IMG/VR virus record: IMGVR_UViG_3300033416_000029
Location: 1 to 26,240 of that record
DNA: 26,240 nt
Direction: 5' to 3' (one strand)
Source: a virus
Lineage: Duplodnaviria > Caudoviricetes
This document shows positions 19,634 to 26,046 of the stretch, in pieces. Each line of letters opens with the position of its first letter. The stretch's first letter is position 1. The notes beneath the pieces were generated by a model. That model was given only the letters and a program-made list of their open reading frames with translations. It was not told the origin of the DNA and did no database searches. The position numbers were made by a program, and so were the translations under genes.

Positions 19634-19863
19634 TGATTTATTTATTTTTGTTTGCATTATGTATCGCAGTTGAATTGTCACTGAAAATAAACACTGACAA
19701 TATACTTAAAAAGCTAGGCATAGGATTTATCGCGGTTGGCGCTTTGGCAGAATACGACCATCATCATACACCTTTAATTGTTATTGGTATCGTGATCTAT
19801 TTCGTGGTTAATCTGTGTACAGCTTATTGCTCAAAACCAAAAAGAAGGATTATTGATAAATGA
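19633..19863 (+). CDS. Membrane protein, second holin or antiholin candidate
   Basis: Hydrophobic segments, basic tail KPKRR, coupled to both neighbours. Confidence 0.55.
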   Translation: MIYLFLFALCIAVELSLKINTDNILKKLGIGFIAVGALAEYDHHHTPLIVIGIVIYFVVNLCTAYCSKPKRRIIDK

Positions 19864-20273
19864 TTACCATTGATGAATATGTAGGCGTACATAAAAACAG
19901 TTTAGACTGGAATGGCGCTTGCCAACGTGCAGCAGAGATATTATTAGACCGTGCAAACAGGTTGATTGATGAATATGTTGCTGATGGTCATGTTATAGAA
20001 ATCAATCCAAAGACAGGTTCGCAAATATCAGGTGAGACTTATGGTGGATTCAGGCCGCAATCCTGTCCTATCGGTGCGCCATATTCCAGTCATAAGTTAG
20101 GCATGGCGGTAGATATTTACGATATTCATAATGAACTGGATAACTGGATTGATGCAAATCCTGATGTACTTGTTAAATACGATTTATATCGTGAAGCACC
20201 AATCTCGACCCTTACATGGACGCACCTTGCTACTAAAAAGCCGTTATCTGGCAGACGTACTTTCCTCCCCTGA
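19860..20273 (+). CDS. Endolysin, peptidase M15 family
   Basis: GGFRP, SSHKLGMAVDI (SxHxxGxAxD) and WTH zinc-binding motifs. Confidence 0.85.
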   Translation: MITIDEYVGVHKNSLDWNGACQRAAEILLDRANRLIDEYVADGHVIEINPKTGSQISGETYGGFRPQSCPIGAPYSSHKLGMAVDIYDIHNELDNWIDANPDVLVKYDLYREAPISTLTWTHLATKKPLSGRRTFLP

Positions 20274-20280
20274 GAATATT

Positions 20281-20838
20281 ATGATAATTTTATGGATATT
20301 ACGCATTAAATCAATTTTAAGCGCTCTGCTAAACTTAATTATTGAGAATTACAAGGTTTTTATTATTCTGGCAATGGTATTGGCTATCTTTTACTATAAA
20401 ACGCGCTATGAGCACGAAAAAGTGGCTTTTCAGGCATATAAAGCAGAAATAGCACAGCAAGCAAAAGAGCAGCAGATTAAAAATGATATTTTACGTAAGC
20501 AAGCTGAAACAACTGTAACAGAAATTGTTGCAATTCACACACAGCAATTAGCAGACGCAAAGCTAGACCGTAAACGTGTAGAGGATAAACTGAAAGGATC
20601 AATCAATGAAATTAGCAATGATATTAATATTTACCGTGATGCTGTCAGCTTGCGGAACTCAACCAGTAGCATTAACGTGTCCAAAGTGGCAGAAAATACC
20701 AGCGGAACTTCCAACCCCAGCGGGAACTGCAACGAGACCCTTGCGACAGTTGTAGATGCTTGCAAAGTCACTGATTATGATTACGAGGCGCTGTATAACT
20801 TGTATAATAAGCAATGTCAGATTTATGGGTGCGAATGA
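20281..20838 (+). CDS. Inner-membrane spanin (Rz-like)
   Basis: N-terminal TM then coiled coil; follows endolysin; contains an embedded lipoprotein gene. Confidence 0.75.
   Translation: MIILWILRIKSILSALLNLIIENYKVFIILAMVLAIFYYKTRYEHEKVAFQAYKAEIAQQAKEQQIKNDILRKQAETTVTEIVAIHTQQLADAKLDRKRVEDKLKGSINEISNDINIYRDAVSLRNSTSSINVSKVAENTSGTSNPSGNCNETLATVVDACKVTDYDYEALYNLYNKQCQIYGCE
20606..20755 (+). CDS. Outer-membrane spanin (Rz1-like lipoprotein) embedded in +1 frame, not in ORF track
   Basis: AAAGGA RBS; MKLAMILIFTVMLSA-CGTQPVALTCPKWQKIPAELPTPAGTATRPLRQL*; LSAC lipobox, Pro-rich. Confidence 0.85.
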   Translation: MKLAMILIFTVMLSACGTQPVALTCPKWQKIPAELPTPAGTATRPLRQL

Positions 20839-20959
20839 TATGTTTACGAAACGTGAAAATATAAACATATTGAACATGATATATTTACAAATTGTATTTT
20901 TATAATCATTTCCATTTGCGCGTATTAGTTCCATACTTAACCTTATCTACAATATCCAT

Positions 20960-21187
20960 TTACTTACCCCTCGCTCTAATAGCATGTGCTATAGCTGCTT
21001 TATTTTCGATACATGTTTCTGCAATCTTCGCACACTGTTCTTTTTCATCAGCCCTGATTAGATTTACGAAGGTTTCAAGTTGTGTTTTAGTGAATGTGTA
21101 CTCATGCCCTTGCTCATACACATTTTTGTTATACTCGTACTCAACTGCACCACACAATTTAGCCAATTTAAGTATCTTGCCTGTCAT
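20960..21187 (-). CDS. Hypothetical phage protein
   Basis: C-terminal EKEQCAKIAE...AHAIRARG motif common in phage early ORFs. Confidence 0.7.
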   Translation of the reverse strand: MTGKILKLAKLCGAVEYEYNKNVYEQGHEYTFTKTQLETFVNLIRADEKEQCAKIAETCIENKAAIAHAIRARGK

Positions 21188-21188
21188 A

Positions 21189-21485
21189 TCAACCTTTCAT
21201 TCCCTCTAAGCATTTTAAAATTGCAACTCTGGCCGCCTCGTATTTATCTCGATGATCTTCCGCGTATGCTATAACGCTGGCTCCATCCCCCGATGCTGTT
21301 GCAAATGAACCATTAGAATCAATTAATAAATGTTTATCGATGAAAAGTCTAAAACATCTGGCATCGTCATCGGCTAGCCAAATTGTATAAGTGCCTCCTA
21401 CAATATCGGTAACTTCTACGGAAGCATCAATACCGTACTTTTCTGCCACTCCATTGCTTATCTCAATTTTGTCTTGTTGGTTCAT
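21189..21485 (-). CDS. Hypothetical phage protein
   Basis: GGAGG RBS; closely packed with neighbours. Confidence 0.7.
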   Translation of the reverse strand: MNQQDKIEISNGVAEKYGIDASVEVTDIVGGTYTIWLADDDARCFRLFIDKHLLIDSNGSFATASGDGASVIAYAEDHRDKYEAARVAILKCLEGMKG

Positions 21486-21607
21486 TTTTTAGCCTCCTCC
21501 TTGTATTTAAGTTTAGGTTCGCGCCATATGAACCAGCCCAACCATAGCCCCATTACAATCCCAAAACTGTATGCAGCGATTACTACCCATCCCGGAATGT
21601 TCATCAT
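21482..21607 (-). CDS. 41-aa membrane protein, not in ORF track
   Basis: MMNIPGWVVIAAYSFGIVMGLWLGWFIWREPKLKYKEEAKK*; ATGA overlaps at both ends. Confidence 0.6.
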   Translation of the reverse strand: MMNIPGWVVIAAYSFGIVMGLWLGWFIWREPKLKYKEEAKK

Positions 21608-22083
21608 TCAGCCTTTCTTAGTGCATATAGAGGTGTAGTGCATTCAATGGTTTGTTTCCACATAATCCCATAGTCGCCATTATTTTTAAGCATTCCTATT
21701 GCTACTGGCTCACCTAACCTTCTCTCAATCTCACTCTCAACATAAGCATTAAGATCGTCTAGTGTTGGATAAGTTAAAGTCATTGCATCTTTTAGAGCCG
21801 CATTAAAATCATCATCTAGCGTATAGTCATACTCAAACTCGATACGATTTATTGCCGCTCTAAAATTATTATTCTCGAATTGTGATAGTAATAGGCATTC
21901 TTGTAGGAGTTCCATGCGCTCCAAAACATCGTCACTCGCAAATTGTGTTTTCTGAGTTAATTTACACTTAATTTCCGGCTTTAATGTCTCATATTGAGAT
22001 TTTAAACTTTCGAGTTCTATATACGCCGACTTTGCTGCCGATTCTGCATTCTGAAAACTAATTCGCCATGACTCGTAACTCAT
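21604..22083 (-). CDS. Hypothetical phage protein
   Basis: GGAG RBS before MSYESWRISFQ; ends EPVA...TPLYA. Confidence 0.7.
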   Translation of the reverse strand: MSYESWRISFQNAESAAKSAYIELESLKSQYETLKPEIKCKLTQKTQFASDDVLERMELLQECLLLSQFENNNFRAAINRIEFEYDYTLDDDFNAALKDAMTLTYPTLDDLNAYVESEIERRLGEPVAIGMLKNNGDYGIMWKQTIECTTPLYALRKAE

Positions 22084-22168
22084 AATATACTCCATATAAT
22101 CAATAACTTAATATTTAAAAACACACCTGACCAATTAAAAATAAAATACGTCATGTGGCTAATGTTAG

Positions 22169-22420
22169 TTATACGTCTTGCCCTGTCAGCGCTTTCCACG
22201 ACCGAGCTAGTTCTTCGGCCTGCGTCCCCGGCGTAAATTTTCCATCACTCGTAAAGTGCCAACTTCCGCAATACTCACGGCGAATCTCGCGCCTTGTCGT
22301 TTCGCTTTTCTTCCACCACAAAAATCCGGTTTCTGTTGTTACATCAACATCGGCGAAATACTCCAAGTCAATAGCGGTTCTCCCTTTGGTTTTTGTCCGT
22401 TCAAAATTACTTAGCTTCAT
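22169..22420 (-). CDS. Cassette 1 ORF, hypothetical (83 aa)
   Basis: GGAG RBS before ATG 22420; stop TAA is the complement of TTA in core GTTATAC. Confidence 0.7.
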   Translation of the reverse strand: MKLSNFERTKTKGRTAIDLEYFADVDVTTETGFLWWKKSETTRREIRREYCGSWHFTSDGKFTPGTQAEELARSWKALTGQDV

Positions 22421-22432
22421 TTTCTTCTCCAC

Positions 22433-22493
22433 GTATAACAGTGCCTTCAACGGCGACCGCCCTTACGGGCGTCGCGTTAAGGCGGCGTTAGCC
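22433..22493 (+). repeat. attC site 1
   Basis: R'' GTATAAC, L'' CTT[C]AACG, L' CGTTAAG, R' GTTAGCC; 61 bp. Confidence 0.9.
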
Positions 22494-22657
22494 CGCACAA
22501 AATCCACTATTGGAACATCGCACCAGACGCCATCCTCAAACCTCACTTGGAGAACCCGAAATCGTGAGTGTTGCTGCATATCAATAAAGAAGGCCGCAGG
22601 ATGTTTTGAAACCTCTCGGTCGCCTGCGGGTATATCGAGCCATCGAATGTCTTGCAT
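22463..22657 (-). CDS. Cassette 2 ORF, hypothetical (64 aa)
   Basis: GAAAGG RBS before ATG 22657; RVLQ...WCDVPIV motif; reads into attC1. Confidence 0.65.
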   Translation of the reverse strand: MQDIRWLDIPAGDREVSKHPAAFFIDMQQHSRFRVLQVRFEDGVWCDVPIVDFVRANAALTRRP

Positions 22658-22673
22658 CTTCAACCTTTCTGCG

Positions 22674-22740
22674 GGCTAACCCCGCATTGAACCCGGACTC
22701 GCGGAAAAGCGCCGCGAGCCGGTTAATTTAGACGTTAGGG
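22674..22740 (+). repeat. attC site 2
   Basis: R'' GGCTAAC, L'' ATT[G]AACC, stem CTCGCGG/CCGCGAG, L' GGTTAAT, R' GTTAGGG; 67 bp. Confidence 0.9.
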
Positions 22741-22994
22741 GCCTCGAATGTCAGCGCCTCCATCTTTGCGATGCTCTTGCGCAGAGACACAATCTTCGCC
22801 TTGCGCATTTCCTCTGCCCTGGCAAGCGCTGCTTCCGGCGTCAGGTGCCAGTCGTTACCGTGTGCGTATTGGCTGCCGTACCCGACATTCCCATAGGAAA
22901 TCATCGTTTCACTGCACAACTCCGCATCTACGGCGATGACCCCCTTTGTCAGCGCGTACTGAGTGATGTACGCCTTAATCTTCTCGTCCTTCAC
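22728..22994 (-). CDS. Cassette 3 ORF, hypothetical phage-type protein (88 aa)
   Basis: AAAGGA RBS before GTG 22994; ends EAPNV* inside attC2. Confidence 0.75.
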   Translation of the reverse strand: MKDEKIKAYITQYALTKGVIAVDAELCSETMISYGNVGYGSQYAHGNDWHLTPEAALARAEEMRKAKIVSLRKSIAKMEALTFEAPNV

Positions 22995-23020
22995 TTCGTT
23001 TCCTTTCCGGGGCGCACGGC

Positions 23021-23090
23021 CCATAACCATTCGGTCAACCGGACAGCCCTACGCTGAGCTCAGGTCTGCCGGTTACCTCAGACGTTAGCA
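23021..23090 (+). repeat. attC site 3
   Basis: R'' CCATAAC, L'' GGT[C]AACC, L' GGTTACC, R' GTTAGCA; 70 bp. Confidence 0.88.
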
Positions 23091-23091
23091 G

Positions 23092-23295
23092 TCAATCTAA
23101 TAGCTCATGTTTAAATACAGCCCACATTTGCCAGTTTTGTATTTCCGTTTCAGCTTTTTCAGCAAGCCGAGCTTCTTCTTGTTTGTGTCTTTCTATGGCA
23201 AGCTCTGCACCAGCTTCTGTTTTATGCAAGCTTAGTGTCGCAAAAGCGCTTTCATGTATGCAGTCGTTATAAACAGCAGCGTAAATTTCAGTCAT
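23092..23295 (-). CDS. Cassette 4 ORF, hypothetical (67 aa)
   Basis: GAGAGGA RBS; fully contained between cores. Confidence 0.75.
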   Translation of the reverse strand: MTEIYAAVYNDCIHESAFATLSLHKTEAGAELAIERHKQEEARLAEKAETEIQNWQMWAVFKHELLD

Positions 23296-23318
23296 AATAG
23301 TCCTCTCAATATTGTTAC

Positions 23319-23375
23319 TGCTAACCCATCCATCAAGCGGGACTTCTATGAAGCCCCTTATGTCAAACGTTGGGC
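23319..23375 (+). repeat. attC site 4
   Basis: R'' TGCTAAC, L'' CAT[C]AAGC, L' CCTTATG, R' GTTGGGC; 57 bp. Confidence 0.88.
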
Positions 23376-23632
23376 CTCATTCCCTTGATGTTCCCGAGCT
23401 TGCCTTTCGCCTGTTCCAGCCGCATGCGCAACGAGGCAACGTCCCGCTCTGCTTCTGCGATCAAAAACGAGTGTGCGGCTTCCCATGTGTCGTGCCAGTT
23501 ACTCCAGTCCGAAACCTTGTTTTCCCTACTACTCCGAAATCCATTTCGCGCCGGTAGCACAACCTGTTTGTCTGTTTCGCGATCGACTTCCAGCGCCTCT
23601 ATCTTGTCGAATCTTGTCCTGTACTTAATCAT
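23363..23632 (-). CDS. Cassette 5 ORF, hypothetical phage-type protein (89 aa)
   Basis: AAAGGA RBS before ATG 23632; ends GMRPNV* inside attC4. Confidence 0.75.
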   Translation of the reverse strand: MIKYRTRFDKIEALEVDRETDKQVVLPARNGFRSSRENKVSDWSNWHDTWEAAHSFLIAEAERDVASLRMRLEQAKGKLGNIKGMRPNV

Positions 23633-23662
23633 GCTTTTGTCCTTTCTTCGTAACCAACTGAG

Positions 23663-23728
23663 GCCCAACCCATCGGTGAACCGGACCTTCGCAAAAAGCG
23701 CGAAGGCCGGTTACCTCAGACGTTAGAC
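23663..23728 (+). repeat. attC site 5
   Basis: R'' GCCCAAC, L'' GGT[G]AACC, stem CCTTCGC/GCGAAGG, L' GGTTACC, R' GTTAGAC; 66 bp. Confidence 0.9.
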
Positions 23729-23902
23729 ACCTAATTGCGCACTATTGCTAAACCAGTCGCTTATCTTCGTTGCCAGTTCTTTTAATTTAGCTGGTCGTTT
23801 GCTATTGCAAAACCGTATTAAATCCCAAAACGCTGTCGCATCTTCTTCTGTTTCAAGAGTAATGGTTATAGGTTGAAATTTTGCTTTTTGTTCAAGTTTC
23901 AT
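23723..23902 (-). CDS. Cassette 6 ORF, hypothetical (59 aa), not in ORF track
   Basis: AAGGAG RBS; MKLEQKAKFQPITITLETEEDATAFWDLIRF...SNSAQLGV*; stop is the complement of TTA in GTTAGAC. Confidence 0.75.
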   Translation of the reverse strand: MKLEQKAKFQPITITLETEEDATAFWDLIRFCNSKRPAKLKELATKISDWFSNSAQLGV

Positions 23903-23922
23903 TTAAGTCTCCTTTAGATCGT

Positions 23923-23977
23923 GGCTAACCCTGCATTGGTATGGGACGCTTCGCGCCCCACAATTCAAACGTTAGGC
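23923..23977 (+). repeat. attC site 6 (slightly degenerate L boxes)
   Basis: R'' GGCTAAC, L'' ATTGGTAT, stem GGGACGC/GCGCCC, L' CCACAAT, R' GTTAGGC; 55 bp. Confidence 0.8.
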
Positions 23978-23998
23978 TACACTTTGATGTTCTAGATA

Positions 23999-24202
23999 TT
24001 ACAGCTTCGTCGCTTCAATAAGATTATCAATATGTACATTAATAGCTTCCCCAAGATTGCTAACTGCTACAACATTGTTTGCATTGCCAAGTGCCACAGC
24101 AATATCTCTAATAGCCTCTTTAGCTTCTCGTATAGCTTTGTTCTTGGCGCAAATACGACCATACTCCGCCATCTTTTCTATGTTGTCGTAATTATCAATC
24201 AT
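23999..24202 (-). CDS. Hypothetical protein
   Basis: AAAGGA RBS; helical 67 aa. Confidence 0.65.
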   Translation of the reverse strand: MIDNYDNIEKMAEYGRICAKNKAIREAKEAIRDIAVALGNANNVVAVSNLGEAINVHIDNLIEATKL

Positions 24203-24228
24203 ATCAATGTCCTTTGTAAATGTTGTAG

Positions 24229-24738
24229 TTAAAACTGAATATCGTCCTCAAAATAATCAAACCCAGACCCGCCTGCTGCAGGTTTAGCCGCAGCTTGTGC
24301 CGGTGCTGGTCGTGCTTGACCCTGACTTGGTGGCGCTTGATTGTAATCGCTATCACCTCCGCCCTGATCCATACCGCCATCATAGCTGGCATTTGACCCG
24401 GCGCTGTCACGACCACCCAACATTTGCATCTGGTCAGCGATAATTTCCGTGGTATAGCGGTCCTGGCCTTCCTTGGTTTGCCATTTGCGCGTTTGCAAGC
24501 GGCCTTCAACATATACCGGACGGCCTTTTTTGAGATACTCTCCGGCAATTTCTGCAAGCTTGCGGTACATCACAATATTGTGCCACTCGGTACGCTCCTG
24601 CTTCGCGCCTGATTTGTCTTTCCAGCTGTCAGTCGTTGCAATACTAAAATTACATACTGCCTCGCCATTAGGCATGTAGCGCACTTCCGGGTCGCGCCCT
24701 AAATTGCCTACCAAAATCACTTTATTCACTGATGCCAT
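24229..24738 (-). CDS. ssb: Single-stranded DNA-binding protein
   Basis: [21 protein letters not shown]...TEWH...[14 protein letters not shown] fold, G/Q/A/P linker, acidic tip EDDIQF. Confidence 0.97.
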   Translation of the reverse strand: MASVNKVILVGNLGRDPEVRYMPNGEAVCNFSIATTDSWKDKSGAKQERTEWHNIVMYRKLAEIAGEYLKKGRPVYVEGRLQTRKWQTKEGQDRYTTEIIADQMQMLGGRDSAGSNASYDGGMDQGGGDSDYNQAPPSQGQARPAPAQAAAKPAAGGSGFDYFEDDIQF

Positions 24739-24739
24739 G

Positions 24740-25228
24740 TTATGCCGCCTTATCTATTGGCGTTAGTTTTTCTTTACGTTTTGCCATGATTGAGTCATAG
24801 CCTTCCGGTGTTGCCCATGCAGGTAATGCAGGTGTTTCTTTAATGTGCTTATACTCATCTAGTGCAACCCATACATTAGGGAGTTGATAAAGATAGCGAC
24901 CTATGCCAAACATGACAGCAGCACGTTTAAACGCATCACTAATCGCCCCTTTTTCTGCTTCTATATCGCTATCACCTGCACCATTAGAGCGTGTAATCCA
25001 AGTGCCATCAACCAATACGATAATCTCGCAAATGGTCTTATTATCTGCATGGCTGTATCTGCATTGCCAGTTCATACCGAACACATCATCAAGCCTAGCC
25101 ATCACATCACGCGCGTCAATATAAGCTAGTGCAATACCTTTTGATTTATCTTTGCTGGTTGCACCTACACGCCAGCTAATTGACTTCACTGGGAACGGTC
25201 TTTTAAGTGCTTCTAATAATTCATTCAT
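24740..25228 (-). CDS. Rad52/Rad22-family (Sak-like) single-strand annealing protein
   Basis: [42 protein letters not shown]. Confidence 0.9.
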   Translation of the reverse strand: MNELLEALKRPFPVKSISWRVGATSKDKSKGIALAYIDARDVMARLDDVFGMNWQCRYSHADNKTICEIIVLVDGTWITRSNGAGDSDIEAEKGAISDAFKRAAVMFGIGRYLYQLPNVWVALDEYKHIKETPALPAWATPEGYDSIMAKRKEKLTPIDKAA

Positions 25229-25373
25229 GATGTTCACCTTTTGCTAATGCTTCTAAGTATTGCTGATATTCCTGTTGTTCTTTCTGGTTATGTAGCCAGC
25301 ATTCATATTCTTCATGGTTAAGTTGCAATTCCCGATCATCACCATAATCATGAATGTATGAATCATTACTCAT
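25221..25373 (-). CDS. Small acidic protein (50 aa), not in ORF track
   Basis: AGGAG RBS; [50 protein letters not shown]; overlaps both neighbours. Confidence 0.6.
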   Translation of the reverse strand: MSNDSYIHDYGDDRELQLNHEEYECWLHNQKEQQEYQQYLEALAKGEHHE

Positions 25374-25534
25374 ATCAAACTCCTAAATGCCTCTAATGCT
25401 GACTGCTTCACCGTTAATCCAACGCTGCGATTCTTCGTGTAGTAGTCATAAAATATGTAGCCAATCATACTTAAAACTATGATGATGTAGCTGATGAAAA
25501 CGAACACACATAAATTATTGATAATCCAGTTCAT
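25370..25534 (-). CDS. Small membrane protein
   Basis: AAAGGA RBS before ATG 25534; one TM segment. Confidence 0.6.
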   Translation of the reverse strand: MNWIINNLCVFVFISYIIIVLSMIGYIFYDYYTKNRSVGLTVKQSALEAFRSLI

Positions 25535-25535
25535 T

Positions 25536-25919
25536 CTATTCCTTTGGTCGATAACAATACAAGGGTTTAGGTCTATAATCATTGCAATTCTTGTTACCTT
25601 TTATTTTGTTACATTTTGAACATAGAACTTGTAAATTTGTAAATTCAAACGTTAATTCAGGATAAAATTTACGAGGTTTTATATGATCAACATTTATTTT
25701 TATAGTATTAGATGCACATACTCCACATTTCATACATTTATACCCATATACAGATAAAACATTTTTTCTAAGCTCTTTCCATTCCTTTGAATAAAGTGCA
25801 GAGTTTGATGTTTTAGTTAAAATTGCAACTTCACAATCAGTCATTTTTGAAATTTTGTGCATTGATGAAATTTTCAAAGCTTTTTTGTTAAGTCTAATTT
25901 TTAACGCTTTTGTAGACAT
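25536..25919 (-). CDS. HNH endonuclease
   Basis: CMKCG, VDHIKP, NLQVLCSKCNKIKG motifs. Confidence 0.92.
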   Translation of the reverse strand: MSTKALKIRLNKKALKISSMHKISKMTDCEVAILTKTSNSALYSKEWKELRKNVLSVYGYKCMKCGVCASNTIKINVDHIKPRKFYPELTFEFTNLQVLCSKCNKIKGNKNCNDYRPKPLYCYRPKE

Positions 25920-25933
25920 TTGTTTCGCCCAAT

Positions 25934-26033
25934 AAAAAAGGCTTCACCTGGATACTCACCTTTAAGGTGTTGGTGGAGCGGTATAGTAACCGCCAGTATC
26001 CATGTGAAGCCTTACTATGTTTATTGCCACCAA
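25934..26033 (-). ncRNA. c4 antisense / P4 CI-like structured RNA with upstream complementary target sites
   Basis: 19-bp closing stem (25938-25956 with 25995-26013, 1 mismatch), two inner hairpins, single-stranded segments complementary to 26012-26018 and 26027-26033, U-tract after stem. Confidence 0.7.
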
Positions 26034-26046
26034 GCAATTAAACATT

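Larger units (their letters stand above)
22168..23977 (+). mobile_element. Array of six integron-type gene cassettes without integrase in the window (CALIN-like)
   Basis: Six attC sites; cassettes 22169-22487, 22488-22734, 22735-23084, 23085-23369, 23370-23722, 23723-23971, each with self-complementary core ends and one ORF. Confidence 0.9.

Noticed and set aside
20131-20280. N-terminal extension of the i-spanin ORF
   Set aside because: Overlaps the endolysin active-site region in another frame; the TM-bearing start at 20281 fits better.
22155-23726. + strand ORFs 22155-22679, 22748-22939, 22845-23057, 23312-23557 and 23370-23726 as the real cassette genes
   Set aside because: Most run through attC sites, lack a convincing RBS and have shadow-like composition; the - strand ORFs have good RBSs and fit the cassettes.
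22433-23977. CRISPR array or REP/terminator repeats as explanation of the palindromes
   Set aside because: Repeats are non-identical, separated by whole ORFs of about 180-270 bp, lack U-tracts and have R/L box anatomy; no cas genes.
23971-24240. Seventh cassette containing ORF 23999-24202
   Set aside because: Core GTTAGGC has no matching GCCTAAC or attC hairpin downstream; only a weak TGTAGTTAAAAC near 24224 overlapping the ssb stop.
25938-26013. tRNA gene
   Set aside because: Three-way junction with a 19-bp stem, no T-loop GTTC motif and no anticodon arm geometry.
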